Virus record (IMG/VR): IMGVR_UViG_3300032236_001859
Coordinates: 152,044-216,043 of that record
DNA: 64,000 nt
Strand: one strand, 5' to 3'
Shown here: positions 10,386-18,600 of the stretch, piece after piece
Layout: every line of letters begins with the position of its first letter
Position numbering within the stretch: the first letter of the stretch is position 1
Translations under genes and position numbers: made by a program
Notes under the pieces: generated by a model
What the model saw: only the letters and a program-made list of their open reading frames with translations
Database searches by the model: none
What the model was told of the DNA's origin: nothing

Positions 10386-11677
10386 GCCGGCTGGAGTTCG
10401 GGATGAGAGTGATCTGCAGGGGCATATCGTATGCGTGGCCCTGCACTGCGTGGTGCGCGTGGAGCCCGCGTAGGCGCTGGTGCTTCGTCTTCGTCAGACA
10501 TCGACTTGTACAACAAATAGCCAAGCCCGAGTACGGCGGCACCCCCCGCGCTGTACTTCAGAATCTTCACGGCCTCTGGGGATGTGACGAAATCAGTTAC
10601 CTTCTTGAAGGATTTGGAAATATCGTCGACCGACTTCGCAGTGTCTTTTACGCCGGAACCCAAGTTGGTTACCGCGTCGGATGCCTTGTCAGCAGAGCTG
10701 GTAACTTTAGACACTGAACTATCGATATTCTTCAAAGTGGACCCAGCGTCCTGAGTCAAACTCTGGACACCTCCGAGGGCACCAGTCAATGCCTTCATCG
10801 CCGGAGTGGTTTCATTGGCAGCATTAGCCACAGCACCCGCGCCCTGTTCAACTGACTTCGCAGCACCAGCAGCGGATTGCCCGACCTCGTCCACATTCTT
10901 ACGAAGAGACTTGACCCCCTCGGAGACATCCTGGCCGACCTGCTTAACTGTGCCAGTAGACGTATTGACTACATCCCGAACACCTTGATCAACTGCCGAA
11001 AGTAGACCTGGCTTTCCATCTTTGTCTTGTAGTTTCTCTTTTGTTGTCCCTGCGATGTCGTTCGCCTTGCCTAGTAAACCGGCACCATAACTTGCAGCCT
11101 CTACGCCTGCGGCAGCAGCACCTAACCCTAGTTTTTGCTTGACGACATCATTTATCCACGTGTCCTGGCGGGCACGTGATGCCAGAGGCGACAAGACTGC
11201 GTGGGCAAGCTCTGGGTCTGCAGAGGAAACAGTTTCAACCCTATTAGTGGTGGGGGAGTGAAAACTGAACTCATGTGCACCTGTCTGTGGGTTTAACTTC
11301 CACAGTGGAGATCTTGATAAATCCATTTTGCCCTCAGCGGCATCTCGGAGATGCCGTTGCGCCAACCCAAAATCCTTACCACTCATCCCATGGCGAGTTG
11401 ACTTGGTAGCCAGGGATCCCCCAAGGATCCCTGCTATTCCGGCTTCACTCCCGGCCCCGATTGGATCCTGCCCCGCAGCAGTAGCGCCTGCGTAGGTTGC
11501 ACCGGCTACAGGTAACCCCACTAACAGCGGCGCCGGGGTCCTCCCCACCAATGCACGTGCACCGGTAAGTGCAGGTGATACCCCTGATGACAGCGCATCC
11601 ATTGCTCCGATGAGCCCCCTGCGATCTGCGGCTACCTTTTTAGTCAGATAAAAAAGCATGATCTGAGCTGGACTCAT
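10382..11677 (-). CDS. Putative virion membrane-associated protein with amphipathic helical repeats
   Basis: 431 aa; KVAA at residue ~13-16; Gly/Ala zippers; ~130-aa 11-mer-like repeat region; C-terminal TM (AGGAAVLGLGYLLY). Confidence 0.6.
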   Translation of the reverse strand: MSPAQIMLFYLTKKVAADRRGLIGAMDALSSGVSPALTGARALVGRTPAPLLVGLPVAGATYAGATAAGQDPIGAGSEAGIAGILGGSLATKSTRHGMSGKDFGLAQRHLRDAAEGKMDLSRSPLWKLNPQTGAHEFSFHSPTTNRVETVSSADPELAHAVLSPLASRARQDTWINDVVKQKLGLGAAAAGVEAASYGAGLLGKANDIAGTTKEKLQDKDGKPGLLSAVDQGVRDVVNTSTGTVKQVGQDVSEGVKSLRKNVDEVGQSAAGAAKSVEQGAGAVANAANETTPAMKALTGALGGVQSLTQDAGSTLKNIDSSVSKVTSSADKASDAVTNLGSGVKDTAKSVDDISKSFKKVTDFVTSPEAVKILKYSAGGAAVLGLGYLLYKSMSDEDEAPAPTRAPRAPRSAGPRIRYAPADHSHPELQPA

Positions 11678-13761
11678 GACTGGGACTCCTGTGGAGGCAT
11701 CGGTGCAGTCTGTGCGACTTCTTCTGGGTTCTGGATCTCCGGGGTCTCAGGCTTCGCCGCCTTCGACTTCCGGATCGCACGATGGATCACACGTGCCCTG
11801 GCACGATCAAGATTACGGAATGGCTTATTGATGGCTAGACCCATGGATCCGTAGACCTGTTTGAGGACTTGGTCATGGGGGAGCCACTCACCGGGGAAAT
11901 CCGCGGGTGCCTCGCCTTCACCGAGATGAAAGGCGTAGTCGTAGCCGTGGTACCCAGGCTCCGCGACACCCTCATCAGGAAGAACGCGGACGTTGGATGA
12001 GTAAGGTGCAGGGGCCCCCTTACCCTCGGTGGGGAAATGAAACCGACGGTTGCTGTCACGTCGGACCAATACTTTACCTTCGGGATCCAAATAGACGTAC
12101 TCGGTCTTAGGAAGCAGCGCGGCAGCATCTGCCTGCTTCTTCAATGGCATCTCGGTGTGCGTGGCCAGTACGTCATCTCCGACCCCGCCTGTGAAAAACT
12201 CGGTCTCATCAAAGTAGGTGACCCCTGCGGCTTCAGCGGCACCCTCGTCATCGGGGGAGTTACCAACCATGCAGATCACGGGATCCAGAGAGAACGCTTC
12301 TTCGGCGTATTCGATCATCGCTGGAGACGGCTTCCGGCCGGCGTCGTCTTCATCGGTACAGAACACGATGTCGTCGATCTCGGGGAGGAGCTCAAGGGTT
12401 TCATCATTGAAGTCGAGGACATCGGGGAGCGTGTTCGTCCCCATGACACTGCGGTTGGTTACCCCAACGATGCGGACCCCTGCAGCCTTAAACTTCTTGA
12501 GGAGTTCTTTGACCCCTGGTTTGATCTTCTGGGTGGCCTCGAGGCCGGCGTCGTCATCCCATTCGGCGACAACGGTACCATCGAGGTCAACGAGGAGTCC
12601 TGGTGCCGACTCAGGCGTCTTGTCCTGGAACTTATGGGTTCTCATGGACCCCGAGATCTCCGCGGCATGCTTCTCGGCGAGATTGTTGGTGTGCTTGGCC
12701 ATCGTGAAGTCCCCGTTGGTTGGGGAATCCCCGCTGCGGAGGACAACCAGAACTCTGCCATCCGGGAATCTCCGGACTTCATCGAAGTAGTGGCCATGGG
12801 CGGCCTCGAGATCCTGGAGCGCCTTCACGAAGACCTTGGGGTCCTTGGGGGCATAGATGCGACGAAGACTGTTACGGTACAGTGCCCAGCCGTGATGCTG
12901 CCGGGGCACACTGGCGAGTTTCTTACCCTTGAGCTCGGGATCCTTCTTCGCCATGTCCCTGGCGGCCTCGACGAGTTCGAGGCGGACCTCGTTGGCTCTC
13001 TTGGCCCAGTCGTTCTTAGCAATGAGTTCTTTGAGCCTGGTAATCAGCGTAGCAAAGGGGATCACATCGAAATCCTCCCGATCCGGGTGTGTGGTCCCCA
13101 GTTTGCCGTCATGGACCCCAGTGAAGAAATATGTGCGTTCGCCATCGAATGCGGAGTCATCCCAGAAGTCGTTGACCCCACTTGGCCAAATCGATTCTAC
13201 GATCTCACGAGTCTCCGGAGAAATGATCTTGAGATCGGCTTCCTCGATGGCTTCCCGGATCGCGGCGAGTAACGGGGGTTCGCCGTCATCGATGCCGCCA
13301 CCGGGGAACAGGATGTAGTCGCCCTTGTCGATGCCGACGACGCCATCCTTATCGAAGGCGATGAGTTCGGATCTCGGTCGCAGGAGTTGCGATGGGGAAC
13401 CCTCGTGCTTATCGGGAGTGGGTTCGTTCTCAGCGGCTTTCTTGCCGAGACCCCTGGCGAAGCTGTGATCCCTGCGTTGTTTCGCCAAGGCGGCCTCATC
13501 AGGTTCGACATCCTTGGGTTTCGCCGGCAGCATCTTCTTCGCGTTGGTCCACACCTTCTCCGCAGGAGATGGGAGGTCGTGGTCCTCTGAGGTCCCCCTG
13601 CAGTCGCCACCACTGAACAGTTCAAGAAAGGTTTTGCCCTCGACCATGTGGGCATTGGTTGCCTTGACAGGATTCCCACCCGTTGGCGTCGCCACAGGTG
13701 TGTTGGTCACGGGGCGATCACTACCCCGCCCCGGAGATGGAATCTTGGTCTCCGCTCGCAT
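11674..13761 (-). CDS. Multidomain NUDIX hydrolase + HAD class IIIA (GmhB/HisB-like) phosphatase + degenerate NUDIX-like domain
   Basis: Nudix box GGIDDGEPPLLAAIREAIEEADL; HAD motifs DLDGT, VTNRS, RKPSP, VGNSPDD; C-terminal YLDPEGKVLVRR..FHFP lacks the Nudix box. Confidence 0.8.
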   Translation of the reverse strand: MRAETKIPSPGRGSDRPVTNTPVATPTGGNPVKATNAHMVEGKTFLELFSGGDCRGTSEDHDLPSPAEKVWTNAKKMLPAKPKDVEPDEAALAKQRRDHSFARGLGKKAAENEPTPDKHEGSPSQLLRPRSELIAFDKDGVVGIDKGDYILFPGGGIDDGEPPLLAAIREAIEEADLKIISPETREIVESIWPSGVNDFWDDSAFDGERTYFFTGVHDGKLGTTHPDREDFDVIPFATLITRLKELIAKNDWAKRANEVRLELVEAARDMAKKDPELKGKKLASVPRQHHGWALYRNSLRRIYAPKDPKVFVKALQDLEAAHGHYFDEVRRFPDGRVLVVLRSGDSPTNGDFTMAKHTNNLAEKHAAEISGSMRTHKFQDKTPESAPGLLVDLDGTVVAEWDDDAGLEATQKIKPGVKELLKKFKAAGVRIVGVTNRSVMGTNTLPDVLDFNDETLELLPEIDDIVFCTDEDDAGRKPSPAMIEYAEEAFSLDPVICMVGNSPDDEGAAEAAGVTYFDETEFFTGGVGDDVLATHTEMPLKKQADAAALLPKTEYVYLDPEGKVLVRRDSNRRFHFPTEGKGAPAPYSSNVRVLPDEGVAEPGYHGYDYAFHLGEGEAPADFPGEWLPHDQVLKQVYGSMGLAINKPFRNLDRARARVIHRAIRKSKAAKPETPEIQNPEEVAQTAPMPPQESQS

Positions 13762-14483
13762 CAGATACCTCCGAGATACCGGATCGCATAGGCTCCGAGT
13801 CTGCGGAGTTCAACTGCTGTCTTGGGAAGATTGGGGCCCATGCCATAGCTGGCACCAGTGGACTGGGTTGGCGGGCTACCGGGCTGACCACTGGCCGTGG
13901 ATGTCATGGGCTGCGCCTGGGCGACACCCCCGGTGCCCGTGCCGGGGTTGGATCCCGGGATGCCACCGACTTGACCACCAGGTGGGATAATGGTCTTTGA
14001 GCGATGCTGGGGGTCCACGGCGAGATCACCAGGGCCCTGGTTCTGTTGAACCCCTATGGCACCCGGTGCGGGTCGTGCGCTCACATTGGGAGTCGACGAG
14101 GCCCGGTTGGGGGGTTGTGGGACACCGCCAGCAACCGCCTTCTTCTCCAACTTCTCAGATTCCGTGTAATACCTGGGATTCTTGGCGAGATGATCGATCG
14201 AGAGTTCTTTCCGGGCCTCAAGATTGGGAGTGTGTTCACCCTCTTCCTTGATCCCCTTGGCGAGTTCCTTGACACTCAGCTTGCCATGCGGGGGTGTCGT
14301 GCCCCCAAGGATGGCAGCTGCATGCTTGCCGATGCCGAGCTCCCAGGACTCCTTCTTCCAGTTCTTGTGGTCACGCTTCTGCTTCGCGGCGGTTGCGTAA
14401 AACACGCGTTCGGCCTTTTCCTTACTGCCGTAGGTGTCTTCCATGGAGTTCAGAACTTTCTTGGCATCACCGACAATAGGCAT
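13761..14483 (-). CDS. Hypothetical virion protein with DUF5661-like domain and K-x-A motifs
   Basis: ELAKGIKEEGEHT...IDHLAKNPRYY resembles the DUF5661 pattern as recalled; N-terminal SMEDTYGSKEKAERVFYAT is a common small phage motif; KHAA, KKAV and KTAV motifs. Confidence 0.55.
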   Translation of the reverse strand: MPIVGDAKKVLNSMEDTYGSKEKAERVFYATAAKQKRDHKNWKKESWELGIGKHAAAILGGTTPPHGKLSVKELAKGIKEEGEHTPNLEARKELSIDHLAKNPRYYTESEKLEKKAVAGGVPQPPNRASSTPNVSARPAPGAIGVQQNQGPGDLAVDPQHRSKTIIPPGGQVGGIPGSNPGTGTGGVAQAQPMTSTASGQPGSPPTQSTGASYGMGPNLPKTAVELRRLGAYAIRYLGGI

Positions 14484-14514
14484 CTTGGGCTCCTGCGTGG
14501 ACCACGCGATGAGA

Positions 14515-14925
14515 TCACATCATAACGGACAAAATGCTGAGGACACTGCCGGGGATCGCATTGACGTCGAGTTTGAGATCCTCTTCAGTCAACTTGGTGA
14601 TCGCGACTTCAGTCTCGATGTCCAAGATGGTTTCACGTTCCGCGTTGTACTCAGCCACTTTTTCCTGGGGGATCATTTTGTCAGTGGTGCCCTCTTTGGG
14701 CACCGCGTACTGACGGATTACAGCATCGATAGACTTCTCGACGACTTCGGCGAGGGGGCGTAAGACACTCAGGTTCTTGCCAATCTTGAAACGAGTCGAA
14801 CCCGAGAACTCATAGTTCTTCAGGTAGACTTGAGTTTTACCCTCAACGGTAATAGGGGTCGGGACTCCATCGAGAGCAGTCAGGGCCTGACGGAGTTCGA
14901 CGACTGCACGGTTGGTAAGTTTCAT
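14515..14925 (-). CDS. Hypothetical protein, possible tail-fibre-associated chaperone
   Basis: 136 aa; GAGG RBS; sits downstream of the fibre genes. Confidence 0.55.
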   Translation of the reverse strand: MKLTNRAVVELRQALTALDGVPTPITVEGKTQVYLKNYEFSGSTRFKIGKNLSVLRPLAEVVEKSIDAVIRQYAVPKEGTTDKMIPQEKVAEYNAERETILDIETEVAITKLTEEDLKLDVNAIPGSVLSILSVMM

Positions 14926-14988
14926 ACCGGGATCCTCTTTTCACGCGAGTGAGCTCGCGATCTGGGTGGGTGTTTAAGGCGCAGCAGG

Positions 14989-15015
14989 ATTATGTCGCCG
15001 TGTTGATATGGGCAA
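14989..15015 (-). promoter_or_regulatory. Promoter TTGCCC-N15-CATAAT
   Basis: Intergenic upstream of 14515-14925. Confidence 0.5.
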
Positions 15016-15600
15016 CTAGCCCGTGGGGGCCATGAGGGCCATAAGAGCGTTGGCGAGCCTGTTGGCTTCGGTTTCGAGACGCGAGGCCTCTCCCTCGGCG
15101 ACACGTAGGGCCTCCTCGGCAGCGGCGTGCTCGGGGTCATCGGGTAGACTCTCGAAGACGCTGGTGAGTCGAACGACTTCCGCGGCAGCGGCACGGGAAG
15201 CCTCCGAAGCCGCCTTGAGGGCCTCCGCGGTATTCGCGAGGTCAGCCTTACGGGTCTCGCTGATATCACGGAGTTCCTGCATGTGGCGGGCCAGGCTGTA
15301 GATGTGGGTATGAATGGCCCCCACAGTTGTCATCCCAATGATTGAGTCATCGATCAGACTTCTCAACTTCACGGGCTCATTGGGATCCGTGGGGACATGC
15401 ACCAGTGGGGGGTAGTGGTTGCCAAGTGACTTCTCGACATACTCCCCTTTGACGAGGACCAAGGCGACTTCTTCTTCGTGCATCGTCGCACTAGGCACTC
15501 CATCAACTGGGTTGCTATTATTGTTATGCCAGACCCGTCGGCGTGGCACCCCGGGCTCAGTGTTCGGGGCATAGTTGGGTACCTGATATGATGCTGGCAT
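15016..15600 (-). CDS. Hypothetical protein with C-terminal coiled coil (tail-fibre associated)
   Basis: 194 aa directly after the 1800-aa adhesin; AGGAAG RBS. Confidence 0.6.
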   Translation of the reverse strand: MPASYQVPNYAPNTEPGVPRRRVWHNNNSNPVDGVPSATMHEEEVALVLVKGEYVEKSLGNHYPPLVHVPTDPNEPVKLRSLIDDSIIGMTTVGAIHTHIYSLARHMQELRDISETRKADLANTAEALKAASEASRAAAAEVVRLTSVFESLPDDPEHAAAEEALRVAEGEASRLETEANRLANALMALMAPTG

Positions 15601-15625
15601 GGTATGCTCACTTCCTGTGTTCGGC

Positions 15626-18600
15626 TCATTGTGCAGTCAGGGTGACGTCGTTGCCGTCGCCCCCAACATACGAAATCGTGAAGTTCCGTACAGTGCCTGT
15701 GCTGGCAACGGTGGCTCCTTCGGGGAGCCCGTTGAATACGCCAGTTACTGGTCCCGCGGATTGTCTGTCAATGATCGTGAAGACCTTTCCGACCGCAGGG
15801 GAGTACCCCAACCGAATCGAAAGTGTGGCATTGTTGAGAACAACGCCATCTCCGGTACTCGGGATCACGAGCTGATCATACTGGGTGCCCGCGGCATCCC
15901 CGTTGAGATCCAGGATCACCGTGGCGCCTGAGTTATTCAGATTCAAAGACTTCATGCTGAGTGCTGCAGTGGCCACGGGAGTCCCAGGACTCATGGTCCC
16001 AGAGGTCACGGTGACCACGGAGTTGAGGACCCCGGAACCCCCCAGCGTGGTCCCAGCACCAACATTGAATGCTGCGAAGTCTGGCCTCACGCCTTCATCG
16101 TTGTCATTGTGGTTATACAGTAGAGTGCCCTCGACAAGGCTCCACGTAAATGATCCCCTTGCGGAAGTCCCATCGGTATGCGTGTAATCGGCCTCCGCGA
16201 TGACCAGTGTACCCGCACCAACCTTGATCAGAGTCGTGGCTCCAGTTCTCTTGCGAACCATGGTCAGACAACTCTGACCACCTGAGTCTCCCCATGTCGG
16301 GCAGAAGATGACCTCACGGGTTTCCGTACTCCCCAACACCATGGTATCCCCGGCGTGGCGAACAAACATCTTGAGGACCTGATTGTCGGTGTCTGCATTG
16401 GCGTGGATGTTGATGTCACCACCAAACATTCCTGCCAGGGTTTGTCCCGCTGCGTATTTCGGTGACCCCAGGAGCGTGGCCAAGTTGCTGCCTGATCCGG
16501 CATCGCTGGATGCCCCGAGGACACCACCGATCTGCTTGTTCAATGTGGGGTCCGCGGTACCCAGTGATCCAATGAGGAAACTCTTGCCCTCTGGGATCTG
16601 ATACGTGGTCCCTGCCCCTGAAGTCGCCGTGAGCAGGAACCCAAAATGTGCGGTGTGGTCAACTGTATCCGTGGCACGATGGACTGCGGAGATATACCCG
16701 GGACCCACGGCACCGGGGAGGAAGCTGTTGACTCCTGAGAAACGGATGAACCCAAGGGCGCCTTGCGTGGCTGTACCCACTGGGAGCACTGTGGGGTAGA
16801 CGCCGAAAAGACCAAGGGTCAGACCCCCGTATCCATTGACCAGATTTTGCTTTAGACTGGAAGTCCCATAGTTCGACGCTGCTGTGCCTCCAAAAGGAGC
16901 AGTTGGAATCCCTGACATCGAGTACGTGCCAGATAACACGAGTTCTGTGATCGCGTTATCACCTGTGGCGTAGCCTTGAAATATCACACTACTGCTACCG
17001 ACAAACATGCCTGATAGCGTTGCGCGGGTTCCACCTGATGTACTAAGCCCAGGTCCGAGACTCCAAACCGTGAGACCAAGTGGCCCAAGCAGTGAGAAAT
17101 TATTGGGATACACGGAATCGGAAATCGACGCAGTATCCAGTAAGAGATTTCCCCCCTTACCTCCAGTGACAATGGGGCCGGTCCCCGCGGATGCCCCTTT
17201 TGCCAAGCGAAGATTGATAGCCCCAGCCTGTGCCCCAGACTCCTGTAGGGCGAATCCACCACTCCACGCAGAGTTATCCCCACTAAGAATCAACAGGCTG
17301 TAGTCACCACCTTGACCATAAGAATTGACGTGTCTTATGGAACCTGCTCCACTTATGGTACCAGATAGTTCCACTCTTCCAGTCATATTAACTGGATTAA
17401 CTGCTAAGGGGCCGTGGAGCGTTACGCTGCCCTGTATTACTGCACCGGTTCCCGCAGAGTTGGGTGTTCCGATATACCCCCCTGCAGCACCGACAACGAT
17501 ATTCGTATTGGAATAAATATCCAGTGCATGGCTGAAAAAGAGCACACCTCCCATTAGATAGATTGTGCGGGGGGCAGTGAGACCCCCAAGACTACCACTG
17601 GCGCCTGCCGTCAAGGTTCCAGCAAGAATGTAAATATCCCCTATGGCGTTATTCGCGTTACTTAGGGTAACCGTGTTAGCCAAAAACTTAGTAAATGCGT
17701 AGCCGCCCGTGATCTGTGACGCGATGATAAAACTGTTCTGATGACTCCCCACTATTAGATCCAGTCCGTTGCCTGTTGTAAGTGCTCCGCCCGTGATGGC
17801 TACAACCCCGTTAATCGTACTAGCGATCATGCCACTGGTCACTGTCAAAGTTTTTCCAGTAGCGATTGTTATAGTCCCACTGCCCAGTGTGACTCGAAGA
17901 GAATTGATGGCGACATCATTAGCGATAGTCCCAGTAAGTGTTCCTGCTTTGATGTTTTGGCCTGCGGCCCATAGCGAGCAATCGTTTTGAGACGTGTAGG
18001 CCGGGGGTCCGAAGGTGCCCGATGCCGCGGCGATATAATCACCACCATCAACTCCAGGTACGAAGCCTTGGGTGGCCCCTATCAATAGGGCATTACCTCC
18101 GGCGCCTGAAACACTGCTGCCACCTGCAGTAGTGGGTGCGTTCGTAAAAGAAGGGATAAACCCCGTATTCGTGAATTGGTTGACAACCCCACCAACTGCG
18201 CGAGTGTACCCAGCACCCCCTGCGGTTCCTGTAAATGCCAGATTGACTGATGATGCCTTTATGTTGCTTGAACTAATTGAACTAATCCCGGCCTGGATCG
18301 AAAGACTGTATAGGGTCTGGGAATGCGTGTATGCCCCGGCATCTGGGTAGGGGATGTTGAATGTGCCCCCGCCAGTGGTGCCCCCTAGAATCAGACGCGC
18401 CGATGGATTGATACGATTCGTGACGTTCCTATTGCTCGCCTCGTTATTGGGTATTGTCTCACCACAGTTCAGGGTGCCAGACCCCATGACCGTGATTGGA
18501 AGATTAGCGACTGTTATTCGCCCATAGTTAGCAGCTGTCCCAGGTAACCCTACAGTGGCCCCCAGGTTTATGAGTAGACTGGAAGTCCCTGTTAGGTCTC

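Noticed and set aside
12037-13272. 411-aa plus-strand ORF
   Set aside because: Antisense shadow of the NUDIX-HAD gene; no motifs or RBS. Long shadows are expected in GC-rich DNA.
14944-14959. CGCGAG-TGAG-CTCGCG hairpin
   Set aside because: Only a 6-bp stem in a 5' leader with no U-tract; too weak to call
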